Source: Oopsacas minuta (lineage: Eukaryota > Animalia > Porifera). Taken from it: a DNA stretch of 64,000 bases. Shown here piece after piece: positions 39,519-54,075 of the stretch. The stretch lies in the NCBI GenBank assembly GCA_024704765.1, contig JAKMXF010000302.1, positions 397,114 to 461,113 on the forward strand. The letters run 5' to 3'. The notes beneath the pieces were generated by a model. It saw nothing but the letters and a program-made list of their open reading frames with translations. It was not told the origin of the DNA and did not search any database. Position 1 is the first letter of the stretch, and each line of letters opens with the position of its first letter. A program made the position numbers and the translations under genes.

Positions 39519-42500
39519 TTAGGGGGTAGAGGGAGAATATTTGATAAAGGCTTCGATTTGTCCAAGTCCCTCCCTCGTAATTGGTAGGTGGAATTCTTTT
39601 ATTGGCAAATGAGAGCACTAAAATGATATACAATATTAAGAAATTCATTGAATCAACTTGCTTTTGAGAGCATCATAAATATATTTACCTGATCTTTATG
39701 TGTCTTATTAGTATTCGTAGAACTAGTCGAGAGAGTAGTAAAGCGAGATGTATAGTTGTAGGCATTTCTACGCATAGTTTGAGTTATTTTGTATACATGC
39801 CCTTCTGTGGAGAATATGTAACGTTCTGATTTCTTGTTCAAAATATTGTCTTTATCGAATAACTAATAATTATAGTAGTGTTACGATGTTTTGATAAACA
39901 AAGGATTTTGTGTAGAACTCACCAAATAAAGGTATTTGGTTGTTTCGCTCAGAAAGAAACTCTCCATTCTATCTTCAATAGATTTATCAAGTACATTGTG
40001 AATGGTCGCATAACCACATCTAAATATCTGGATAAATATCCTAGCCAACAGATTCTATTAACAAATTATAGTTACCTTGTTTTAGCGAATTTCTGAATAT
40101 TATCAATGATATCTTTCCCAACATATAGATAAAATGGATTACGTGTTGCCTAGAAATTCTTAGGTTAAATTGACAATTTTTTGAGTTGCTACATCGTTCC
40201 CCTACTGCAGCGGTTCCCAACCTGGGATCCATGGACCCCTTGGTGGTCCACGAACGAGAGCAGGGGGTTCACAGAAAGTGGTAAAAGTGGTGGAAAGGGT
40301 TGGGAACTACTGCCCTACTGCATTTATTCTTACGTATTACAACATATAAATTGTATATACTTGGTATAGCATGTAAGTAGATTCAGCAAATTCAGGTCTG
40401 AGAGGAGAGAAGGGTATAGTAGGGGTAGCTGATTTCCAATCATACCGCTCTGGTAGCATATCATACTTCCTCCATAATGTGTAATAGAATGCATGAGAAC
40501 AGATAGCTTCTCTTAGATCACCAGATAGCACCTGCATTATATAGTATATTATATGGTGTATTGAATTCTATAGTATTGTATACCTGTAATGCTGGGAATG
40601 AAGCTGATAGAGCATCAACCCATGTATTAATCACTTTCCCACTGTTCATGTCTACGTTTGCAAAGAAAGGCGTCCATTCAATATCTGGTTTCCATGTCTG
40701 GCACGGTCGACTGTAATAATTAATATTAAACCCAATTTAAACAGATTTTAAATAATAGCCTTACTCACCCACGTTTAAGATATTTCATAACATTAGCGTA
40801 TTGTTCAGTAAAACTATTCAAGTCCTTGTGATTTCCGAACAAAATATAACTCTACTTAAAAATATAAAATTAAATTAAGAACAGACAAAACAATAACGAA
40901 CAAACTTTGAAAATGTACTCGTAAAGTGAGTCTATCCCTGCTCCTAATCCTGTCATTTGATCTGTCCATAATCCAGACTGTACATCTATTGTGTTCCCTA
41001 ATAATTGTTTGAGTAAATTACATATTTGGTGCAATAACAAGATTATTCTAACTTAACATACCGACGAGTCCAGTTACTTGTGATCTTAAATCTAAAATTA
41101 TTTCCATTGCTTTTCTGGCTAATCTTTCATACTTGACGTCACCTACTAATCGAGAAAGGATACCGAACTCAATCAGGAGGGTGCCAGCCCCAGCAGCACA
41201 GGTAGTATTCACACGATACACTGGTTTTGATCCGTTTAGATTCACCTATAAATTATTGTCAAAAGTAAGAAAAACGTCCATATTTCAGGATAAACCAATA
41301 ATTCATTAATCTTTCTGGAGAGTATTTCGGCTCCAGACTTATCTCTAAAGATAATCAGTGGTAGAGACATGCGATAGTGGGGTTTATATGTTAATCTACT
41401 CAAATTACAATGGGATATTTATTACGTTTCCAAGAGAATCAGCAATATGCAAGTAAATAAGAGGCAGTCATTATATCAGAATACAACTAATAGACTACTT
41501 TTGAAGAGACAAAATAGCTAGAAATATGTGAATTAAAACAAGCTTCTTAAAGGATATATTTATACCCGTGGGTGAGGAAGTCCACTGAAGCTATTGTCAA
41601 AAGCTGGTAGTAGTTTATCAGCGAGTTGCTGTGAGAGGATTAGGAGTTCTCCTGAGTAGCCAGAAGGCCGCAAATCTCCAAAATCCTTCTCTTGATCTTC
41701 AATCAGCAAATGGGAGGAGAGCAGTGCCCCGAGAACTCTGGAATTAAGTAAGATAATATATTAGTTAGTTTCACTCAATTAATTAATAATTAAGAGATAT
41801 TACCTAATTGAAGCTTCAAATACTTGTACTGTTACATTGTGACTAAATGATACTGTGTTAATTACTCTATTTATAGCATCTTTGAATTCTGAAGTATTCC
41901 CCAATATCTGTAAACATTACATTATATTGTTTAAATATTAAAATTGGTTAAATGATATGACACAAGGGAAAATGGACTTACTGCTAGCATATCTAGTGAA
42001 TCCAGTAGAGATAATGAGTAGTTCCCAAGAACATCGTTAATGTTAATATTGTTCCTATAATTGATTTAGATGGTGTTACAGTGTATAGTTTAGTACATTG
42101 TAGGAATGCCAATTTTTCAACGATAAGAATAAATTTACAGGGTGGGTTAATAGATATCAAGATACTTTATTGATTTATTGAATTAAAGAAAAGTAGCATA
42201 CGTACATTTTCGGGTGAACATATTGATTTCAAAATAATAAAGACGAATACAGTCAACTCCCCGTTATACCCAACTCTAATGAGCACACCTGCCAATTCAA
42301 TAACAACTAAATGATCAGTCATCCAATATCCACTGTATGCTGGATAACTTTGCAATGGGAACAAAATAGAAATATATATATTACTCCTCAATTTCCTGAT
42401 CTTAAGACTTCCTTGTTATTAAACTCTGGACTTGAATGAAGTAAGTTATTAGACAACAAATACCGCATTCTTTCTCATTTTACTGACTCACATAATAGGA

Positions 42501-45215
42501 GAAACTGGCCAGCTAATGTCTATCATTCATATGATGTTTGCATATTAAGAAAGATATCATCTATCAGAAAAGTTCAAATGTACAATGTATCCTGGGCTCA
42601 TTAGTTTATAATCAGCGTCATAGTTAATACTATTGTTTGCTTGGTAATAAATAAGTTGTATTAATTGAATTGTAGATTTCAGGTAGGTTGAGCTATCACT
42701 TTTAATTCTGCATGCAAATTGGCAGACTTGTACTTATTATACCGTAAGAGGCACTCTAAACAAATGAATCTTGAAAGCAGGACTAAATTAGCCTTTCCTT
42801 AAATAATAATATTTCATATGTAAATGTATCTATTAGTTTCTACAGACTAGGCTCAGAGCTATGCTCAAGTTTTACAGCTAATATTTAAGAGTAATATCAT
42901 TTGACGAAAGTTTCAATAGTTCTGTGGGTCCACCGTACATAATAATGGATCAAAAATATTTTTAGGAAAGCTAAAATATCCAATATAGTGTTGACATCAA
43001 CAATTGCGAATTTAATATATTCCAAAACAACATTCTTACTCAAGAAATAGTAAACATAAGTACACATAATTAAAGTACAAACTGAATTATAATTTAAATT
43101 CTTGGGTTGGATATTAACATTACGTAAATATTGATAAACTTCGGATAATATAACACATTAGTGAGATAATTGTTTATATATTACAAATAATGATCAATTA
43201 AACTCTGTAATCAACTCCCATTAAATAAATTCATAATAATTGCGTGACTTTAATTCAAAATATCTAAATGAATAACAGTAATGTAAATTTCAAAATGATA
43301 AGAAAATTGATTAAAAACTAATAAAGGCTTGCAGCTCAATTGCAACAGAGTCATCTGCGCCAATTCTTTACATAACCGTGCTTACTAGAACTAAACAATC
43401 CAAAGAATACCGAAAAAATCATCTTTACAGATGAGACTAGTATTCCGAAAAAGAGTAGTATGATTAGGAAGAACAAGATCAACAAGGGAGTGTGTCCTGT
43501 GGGCGACATCATCATAGAGATTACCCAGTTTAGGAAATGGGACACACGGGCTAACGTTGTCTGTAATGGAGTCAATACTGGCATTACATCAGTTTGTACA
43601 TTTCTGATCCCTTCAGATCGAACATTCACAGAATTATTTCGTTTACGCTCTTTGACAGTATCTGACTTTTTACATGATGACTTATGACTTGATTCCGTTT
43701 TATCATGCATGTCTTGGATCTTTAGGGGTTGGCAAAAGGAAAGTAGAGCGAATACGTCCATGTTGTATTTATATGCGTGGGTGTATGTAATAGCTGAGAA
43801 CTTGGGATAATAATTAGTAGATCTCTTTATTATTAGAGAGAGTTTATCCTGTTGCTTTTATTGATAAGAGTAGAGTGTAGTAGTTATGATTTGATGGTTA
43901 TGTTGTCCTCAAGGCCATACTTATACCAATTTGAAACTGACCTTACTGACCTTACAAAAAATGACCTTAGTTGACCTTAGCCCGCAGTGCAGGCAATTAA
44001 GATACCAGGGTGAATTGAGTGTTGGTGATATACAGACTTCAGTATATAATTAGCGATTACAGTTGCATTGAATCATTCATGAGCACGCGGGCATGCTTCA
44101 TACAATAATACTGAATTCTGGCGTGATTATAGCAACGACACAATTACCTGAGTTCATTGTATGGCTACAAATTCCATCTAATTTCAATCGTTCTATCTAA
44201 TTAATAGTAGTAATCTCATATACGAGATGTAATGGTTATAATTACAATAATGCATAGAAATATTATTAATAATTAATATAAGAAATATTCAAATATTTAT
44301 GTGAAACGTTTACAAAAAAACAATCTCACCAGTTTACCAACATCATCTAACATTGCATAGAACAACATTTATCAACAACCAGTACATGTATGTAACTATT
44401 CATTTTGTGAATTGGTTGTTAAGCGTTCATCTGTTTGCACTAAGAAACTCCTTAGTTATCAAATTCTTAATTGGGAAACTATTTTAGACTTTTGGTGATT
44501 TTTTGCAAATAATTTCGTAACAGCATGCAGCATTTCAAATATTTTACAGTTGAATATGGTATTCAATCGTTTTCTAGATATTAAATATTTAGCTTAGAAT
44601 CGCAGTATTTATTGCAGTAAACTCCCCGTTGTATAGTAGCTCAAGGGACCACGAAAAGGAAATTTATGTTACTTTGAGGGTTTGGGACTATATTTGTGCA
44701 ATTTCAGATTTAGATATACGCGAGGAGTTTCACTTTATCCGTGTTTGATATAACAGGTATTGACTATAGATAAATTAAACTCACGGGTTGTTTGTGTCGG
44801 GTCCGCGACCAGTACATTCCACTGGGTTCAACTCGTCGAGAGGGAAAGCATACCGCATATAATTGTCATATCCATGGTAGAACATTTCCTTAGATAATAA
44901 TCTGTATTTCAGTCTATCTGATTCAGAGAAGGGCCTGTACTTCAATTCAGAAGCAGAATAACCTTGTGGATAAGTTTGTCTGTCTATTGTCAACTCAGGT
45001 TCTTCTTGTATAACGTCAGGCAGAGTATAATATATATTGGAATTTCCATTAATATTTTGTAGAAGAAATAAGAGTATCGTTAATAAAATGTGGAAAAAGA
45101 GTAATAACCAGTTCAAATTCATCTTTCTTGCAAAATGATTAAAATCAAAGAATTCTTCTGATTCAGATTGTGGTCTGAAATGAGTGGTTATATTCGGTTG
45201 AGTTGATGTTGGCAT
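39519..45215 (-). CDS. EDEM1: ER degradation-enhancing alpha-mannosidase-like protein (GH47), multi-exon gene span
   Basis: [21 protein letters not shown]; [11 protein letters not shown]; [19 protein letters not shown]; [14 protein letters not shown]; [17 protein letters not shown]; YIFSTEGH. Short C-terminus with no PA domain. The start may be ATG 45122. Confidence 0.9.
40208..40312. mobile_element. Complete 105-bp hAT (Buster-type) MITE in an EDEM1 intron
   Basis: TIRs CAGCGGTTCCCAACC and GGTTGGGAACTACTG. Perfect 8-bp TSD CCCTACTG at 40200-40207 and 40313-40320. Confidence 0.95.
43351..43761 (-). CDS. Orphan 136-aa predicted membrane protein nested on the same strand within EDEM1 intron 1
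   Basis: ATG-to-TGA ORF with a good start context (CAACATGG), charged N-terminal half, hydrophobic C-terminal segments and a basic end (KNWRR). No recognisable homology. Confidence 0.5.
   Translation of the reverse strand: MDVFALLSFCQPLKIQDMHDKTESSHKSSCKKSDTVKERKRNNSVNVRSEGIRNVQTDVMPVLTPLQTTLARVSHFLNWVISMMMSPTGHTPLLILFFLIILLFFGILVSSVKMIFSVFFGLFSSSKHGYVKNWRR
44615..44735. mobile_element. Degenerate pogo/Tigger-like MITE in EDEM1 intron 1
   Basis: Imperfect inverted ends CAGTAAACTCCCCG and CGCGAGGAGTTTCACTT; TA on the right flank only. Confidence 0.4.
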
Positions 45216-45519
45216 GAAAAACGTGTTAATTGTGAACTTCTGTTGTCATTCGTACTAATTATATTCTTAATTGAAACCATTAATACGAATTCAATTACTA
45301 AACTTAGATACATAAACTAATCTATTGTGTAATTATCAATTTGTGCTGAAGTCTAACTGGTTACCGATTGGGTTTTAGGAATGTGGCTATCACGTTTCTC
45401 GCCAATATGTCTATATATACATTTTACAACCAATTAACATATTAATAAAATCCTCGAATGGTACAAGTATAAAAGTTACAAAGAGATATTTTGAGGAAAA
45501 CGGATATATTTTGAATTTG

Positions 45520-48500
45520 ATGGCAGAATCGTTAGGAGAAAACAGGTTTGTGCGGGCTTGCAAAGATGGTCAAGTGGAGAGAGTGAAAGAGCTGATCCAA
45601 GCTGGTGACAATGTGAACCAGGCAGACAGGAGCGGATACACTGGGTTACATTGGGCAGCTTTCAACGGGCATCACAATTGTGTTACACAACTATTGCAAA
45701 ATGAAGTATTAAATAGATTAGACATCAATACAAAGGATAGTAAAGGAGGTACTCCGTTAATGAAAGCAGCAGTCAAGGGAAATACTCTTATTGTTAAAAT
45801 GTTAATTGACAGAGGGGCATTGGTGAGAAACCAATATTATATCTTGTAGATACTGACAAAGTTTATAAACCAGAAACCTATAATTTTCTGTGACATTAAA
45901 AGGCAATATTCAACTACAAATAATTTGAATTTAACAATTATGGAATATTGTAGAACTCTTTTCTGGCAAAAATATTGAAATTTATAAATAACGCCAGAAT
46001 CTCTCAATTCACAGCTTCAATATAATTTGGTAGGTAGCTAAATACGAAAATATTGTATGTAGGTAGATGAGAGAGATCACAATGGTGTAACTGCATTACA
46101 CTTTTCTTGTGAAAGAGGATTCTCTGAGAGTGTTGATGTAATCGCTAAAGTTAGTACAAATCTTAACCAGAAAACACACCAGTTTGGCTGGACAGCTCTA
46201 CACATTGCAGCTCTAAGTAAATAATTATATCAATTATAATGCAGCACACTCTTGTAAATGTAATGCTTTAATGATATTACGTAAATGTGATAGGAGGAGA
46301 AGAGATGTGTTGTAGAGCTATTATAACTCATGGTGCAGATATAAACGCATTGGATACAAAGTTCTCAACACCCCTCATGCTGACTTGTAGCAAGGGTCAT
46401 GATCATATTGTCCGTATGCTATTACTGCGAGGAGCTCAGTTATCACACAGAGACATAAATAACCTCAGTGCATTACACTATGCAGCTAGATATGGGCATG
46501 CAGCTGCTGCTGAAGCTCTCCTCAAGGAGGCGGAAAAATATCCAGGGAGTCTCTCAACTGATGAAGCAGGGAATGAGGATGCACACAGGTAAGTGTAACT
46601 AATGGAACTGTACGAATATCTATAAAAGAATACGAGTAAATCATTGCAATTACTCTATAGATATACGCCGTTACATTTCGTAGCAGAAGCGAATAGACAA
46701 GCAGAAGAGGGAGACGTACCTGAAGATATACAAACTAAGTTTGTAGAATGTTGTAAAGTATTAGTAGATGATTACGGAGCAGGAGTACAGCCTATAGCAA
46801 GCACGTTAGTTACTCCATTACATATAGCAGCTGATGTGGGTAATACAAAGGTAGCTGACTTCCTGTTGAAGCATGGAGCTAATCCGAATGCAACTAATAC
46901 ACAAGGTTAGATTGAAATATATTTTATGAGAGTTAAGATAATTAATAAACTAATTTCATAGGTGATACTCCATTACATTTTGCTGCATCGAGGAAACGTG
47001 AAGTTACTATAGCAGTGCTAGTAACACATGGTGCTTCTCTTGGACAAGAAAGCTATGATGGCATTACACCGCTAAACTACTGTCCACTCAAGGATATAGT
47101 AAGGATTGTATTCCACACCGTGTTTGAAGGTAAATTTAAAGATAATTAATTGGAATGTGGCGAAACACAATTAGTGAGTAATTAATGCAATTGCAATATC
47201 TTATAGGAAATTTGGAGAAGATAGATCAGAGTGAATACACTATACTACATCATCTGTGTAGATGGGGACAAGAAGAATGGCTAGACAAGATACTGGAGGG
47301 TATAGAACATAAAATAAAGATAGAATTATTGTTCAAAAGTGGAGCAAAGCCATCTCCATTTGTAATGTGTTTAACAGCTGGTAACGATAGTTTAGCTGCT
47401 AATATGATCAATAAATACTACAAATGCAAGTAAGTCACAACAAATATTTATCTTAACGAGCACATAACTATACGGAATGCTATTCGTAGATCTCGAGCTG
47501 CAGTGGACTTCATGATGAATACAGATTATAACGGCATGAATATTCTACATGCAATGATAGAACTCAAATCCTACCGAACATTGGGAGCTGTATTCGATTT
47601 GTTAGTGCATGAAGCTGATGAAAATTACAGTAAGTTATAACTACCTAAGTATCTAGAGTTATCAATATATGCCTAAACATAAACAGGGTTCATAGAAATG
47701 TGTAGCTTTCCATGAAAAGATTGTTAGTAGGCAAATTTTGCTATCAAACGAATTAGGAACAACACTGTACGCATATAATACGTATTGAATGGCAATTTTT
47801 TTATATCAAACACTGCTTAAAACTGTGACCAAAAATACAAATCGAAATATTCAATTCGGCGAATCAATTGTATTTTCAAACCCGTATATAATGTATTCTA
47901 TTATCCATAGTAACAATATTACCTGACCTACTCAACATTAATGAACTGGGACAGAGACCAGTCTTACCAGGATTAGCTGATAAAGATGAGAAATTTGATA
48001 TATTAAGCCCTACCCTATACCAGAAACTAGACAAGATAGAAAATGACAAAATAATCCTCCATCCTGTCGTGACGTTATTGACAGAACGAAAAGTATCTGT
48101 TTATAACAAATTCAATTTCTGTTCTTTCTCATTCTTCATCGTCTATCTGTTTATAATATACCTCCTTCAATTCACTTTATCTTATACACGTATGGAATCA
48201 CTAGAAAACCATCATGGAATCAATTTCTTGAATTTCCTGCTAGTTGTAGCACTAACGAATGATGTGCTTATAGTACTAGCGAGATATCTCAGTATTTTGT
48301 ATAGACGCGTTAAACGTTCATCTCTGTATTATTCAAATTGGAAGTTTAACCATTCTAAAAAGAAAGCTAAAACACAGGTAACATGGTTTACAACAGTGCG
48401 CTACAACAGGAAATACTCTTGGTTAGTTAAACTCAAGAATACATTTAAAATACCTTCAAAAATTCGACATCCATTATGGTTCTTAAAACATGCTATATTG

Positions 48501-49404
48501 TATGTATTGCAGCCTGTTGTGTTGCTAGAATGGTTAGGAATTTTCTCTCTTTTCCTGTATCTGCTAACACATTGGATAGGAGTAAGAGCCCAATGGGTAT
48601 TCGCTAGTATTTCATTCACTCTGAATACTCTCAGATTATTCAAATATTTTACTTACTCTGTGTATCTTGGTCCTTATGCTAGTACTCTTTACTTAGCTTT
48701 GACTCGCGATATTCCACGATTTCTGGTTGTATTCGCACTTTTACTTGTAACATTCACTGGAGGATTCAGTCTTGCGATTGTACCGGTTAATAACACTACT
48801 TGTTCTACTTACGAAGATCAAGCATTCTGCAACGCTTCCCAAATATTTTTAAGTGGAATTCGTGTGCTATTGCATGGAAATATATTCCAAGATGCAAACT
48901 TCATCCAATTCCTAGGATTCTATCCTAGCTTGATATACTCAATCTTTATTATACTCATAGTTGTGTTTCTAATCAATTTCCTCGTGGCTCAATTCTGCAC
49001 AACATATTTCAACAATCTTCCAAGTGAAAAATGCTACAAACTTAAAATAGCTACTGAATTTGAAAATACATCATTATCCTATCTCGTGTTAGGGAAAATT
49101 ATTTGTGTATTAACAGCTGTAGTCAAGGCAAAAGTTGCTCAAGAATATTGGAAGAAAATACGACTCGATAAAGGTAAGTATTTTACAAAAATTATCTCGA
49201 TTCTTGGAAAAAGGTTTAAATATTTCTATGTTTTTAGAAACTCTCCAATTGGATAAAATCTCCACTGAGATGTCAGAACTAAAACAACAATTTCATAAAA
49301 ATTTACATATCAATAGAACTACACATGATTATAAAAACTTTACAATTGATGCGAGACAGAACAGAGAATCTCTCATGCAGGAAGATAAATGGCTCTCACA
49401 GTAA
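45520..49404 (+). CDS. Ankyrin-repeat TRP-type cation channel (TRPA-like), multi-exon gene span
   Basis: Many ankyrin repeats (GYTGLHWAA, GGTPLMKAA, TPLHIAA) followed by a multi-TM region with an S6-like LINFLVAQFCTTY. The final intron 49174-49237 joins in frame. Confidence 0.78.
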
Positions 49405-49564
49405 CCCAATGGTTTGTATTAGTAATTATATTATCATTATTTGCTTTCTACTTGTTTAACCTCTGTCTGCATTTCAAGAATATTTTGTAGTGTTTGTGCA
49501 TTCATAATTTTAAAATGATACTCAAGGATTATTAATTTATAATATGTGATGCCATAACGGGGGA

Positions 49565-52069
49565 TTAATTTTGAAACTTAAGAGGAAGGTTAGGGCCAAC
49601 CCTCTCAGAAGGATTGGGGTGCAGTTTGAGGACAGCTCCTGGGTTTGGATAAGGTCTCATCTGAAAAAGGGGACCACTGGCTGTCTCATCTGCTGCTCCG
49701 CCTCTCCCTTGTCCTTTTGTGGGAAGTCCAGTAGACCAAGATCCTCTAAATAACAAATATCCGAGGTTATTACACTAGGGAATATAAGCCAATCACTAAC
49801 CGTGGTATATCTGAATAAGATGAGGGATCCATTGGATCTATTTCATCATCATCCTCTCTGTGTTCTACAGTTAATTAAAATAATATAACATTTATTTAAG
49901 TGAAGAATCGGGTAAACATACTCTTTCTGTCTGCTCTATCATATGGTCTGTGTCTGTCTTTGTGTTTAGATTTACTCTATGGATATATACTGTTAGTAAT
50001 TATGCCAAGTAATATTCAAATCCTGCAGGAACAGTAGAACGTCCCTTCAAAACTGCAAAAATGAAATTAAACCGCATGAATAATTATCATATGAGATCAT
50101 AATTTGCTATCTAAGATTCACTCAATCTAGTACACCAACAAGTAAATATTATCACAAAGATTTTTTCAATAAGAAAGCATCCGAAGGATCAATACGCTTA
50201 TAGTAAGAGGGAACAGTTTCTATAATCTTAAATCCAAACCGTTCGTAGAACTCTATTGCTTCTTTATTATTGGTTTGAACATGAAGGGCAATTTCGTGGA
50301 TTCTCTTTCCCTCACAGTAAGATAAGAGATGCTCTAGAAGCTTTGTTGCAACTCCTAATCTCCTATAAGCACCAAGAACAGCTAGAGTCATTATATACAG
50401 TCTGTTGTTATCCTTGGTTTGATCGATCTTAGCACATACACCACCAACAACAATGTCTTTGAAATACGCGAATTTCGCTAGTTCTCCTAAGTCAGGCACA
50501 CCCTTATAGAAGTTCTCCTGATAGCTGAGAGGGAGAGCAGCTGCATTAATTATTTTCAGTTGTTTTAAGTTGTGCTGGGTTATCTCTCCGAGCTCAATCA
50601 AGTCTTTGAAGTTAGCTTTGTATTCATCATATGTAGCCATCTCGTATTAGCTAGTGCTAAATGTACCAGATACATTGTAAGTTAAGTTTGAAAAGGTTGG
50701 GAACCACTACTATTGATATCGCCACGTTAACGAGGTTCCATTGTATACTAATTCCAACAATTTGACATAATTATTGCTCTTAGACAAGGATGATCAATTA
50801 ATTTGTATTTTCAGCAAACAGTGACAAAAGTGTATTATACAACAATTCCATGATGTTATTAAAAAAGTGAATGGTCATGGCTCATGGGACATAATAAATG
50901 TAGTGTAGCCAATTATTTAGAACATATATCTCAAAATACTAAATATACTCATTGAGTCATTTTGTAGATATTTAATAATCTTCTTAGCAGAAAGTTGATA
51001 AAATACTAATTATGTTATTCAAGAACTTTAACCTCCTTATTGCATGCAGTAGGCCACCTGTCAACAAGATTAACTTACAAATCTATCTGGATGATTTCTA
51101 TGCTGTGATTTATCTTTGTGATTACTCTCGGGATGTTGGTCCTGTATCTGGTCTGGTGCTATTAGATAAATCCAAATAATTCTGTGCTGATATAAAATGT
51201 ATTACTAACTAGAAGTAAGCAATATAATAGATTACCCGTTATTTCATCAGGCGTGGGAGGTTCCCATTGTACGAGATCTGTGTCAGTATTCCAATAGTAA
51301 GGATAACCTCTGTACATTGATAATCAGTAGATTTTGTAAGATGTAGAATAGGTACTATAACCAAAGTTCATTCAGAAAATGCATTAACCCGTGGATTTTC
51401 GTATTTTTGGAGCATAATATAACTGATTACGTATTATCCGTGCACTTATAGAAAATAAGTAAGTAAACTTTTGCTGGGATATAAGATAATTTTGAAACCT
51501 CCTATTTCACGTTCCTAGCAAATGAAACCAGTCTCATTTCAGATATAAATTAAATCACGTACACTTATACGCACATACAATAATCTGAATGGTAATTAAT
51601 TCTTACGTGTTCTCGTCGATAACTTCTTCCCAGTTTGCTGGCAACGTAGACCGATCAAAGTCAACTCCCTAATAATCCATAAATACATAATTGCATGTGA
51701 TTCAACCACTTAATTGTCTAGCGATACAATATCTTCGTGAAAAATCACTAAATCATTAGATTTAAGATAATTAATATATATTCGTAAAATAACGATAATA
51801 AAAGAATAACATACCTTGTCACTAATCAATTTAGTATCTGTTTTACCAGTATCTGTAATAGAATTGAAAATTGAAGACAAATAATTCATTAGAAATAGTA
51901 TAGCGCAGCAGTTCCAAACCTATTTCACCCGTGGACTCCCTCCCATAGACAACAATACAAATTTTTACAGGACCAGTTAGGGAACAGCTGTTCTAGCTTA
52001 AAAAGTACCTTGAGATGAAAGCAAACCTCTTTTAGCGAGTCTAGCCTTCATAGCAGGAGTCAGTGACAT
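49565..52069 (-). CDS. PQBP1: Polyglutamine-binding protein 1 (WW domain), multi-exon gene span, not called as a gene by the ORF track
   Basis: Start [17 protein letters not shown]; WW domain [13 protein letters not shown]|[18 protein letters not shown]; C-terminal [16 protein letters not shown]|[25 protein letters not shown]. Splice phases are compatible. Confidence 0.92.
50152..50640 (-). CDS. NAA50: N-alpha-acetyltransferase 50 (NatE), intronless, nested in a PQBP1 intron on the same strand
   Basis: [61 protein letters not shown]. Confidence 0.93.
   Translation of the reverse strand: MATYDEYKANFKDLIELGEITQHNLKQLKIINAAALPLSYQENFYKGVPDLGELAKFAYFKDIVVGGVCAKIDQTKDNNRLYIMTLAVLGAYRRLGVATKLLEHLLSYCEGKRIHEIALHVQTNNKEAIEFYERFGFKIIETVPSYYKRIDPSDAFLLKKSL
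50695..50709. mobile_element. Solo hAT TIR, 55 nt upstream of the NAA50 ATG
   Basis: GGTTGGGAACCACTA matches the family TIR at 14/15 positions; no partner TIR or TSD found. Confidence 0.5.
51906..51990. mobile_element. Degenerate hAT MITE in PQBP1 intron 1
   Basis: CAGCAGTTCCAAACC..TTCACCCGTGGACTCC..GTTAGGGAACAGCTG. Flanks GTATAGCG and TTCTAGCT match at 5/8 with central TA. Confidence 0.6.
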
Positions 52070-52350
52070 GTTCAAACGTATAGAATAAGGAGAATATACA
52101 ATAGCTTATACAAAAATTAGAGTAACAATATACACTTAGAAATATTTAACAATAAAAATTAGTTATACAAACACACATACAAGTATTACTCAAGTAACAA
52201 TAAGAAATTGGACTTGGGAATATAATTTTATAAATAAAGTTCTACAATTTCGTTAACGAGGCATTATTACAAGTGAAGTTAGTGAAAAAAAAATGAAAGA
52301 GTATAAATTTTGGAGGATATAAAAGAGATTAAGTTGATAGAGTGGGAGTA

Positions 52351-53999
<1,649 letters not shown>

Positions 54000-54075
54000 C
54001 TACAAACTCACAAATATACAGTCAAACAAGTAAATAAAGTATTAAAATGGTGTTAATTACAAAATATTTCAAAAA

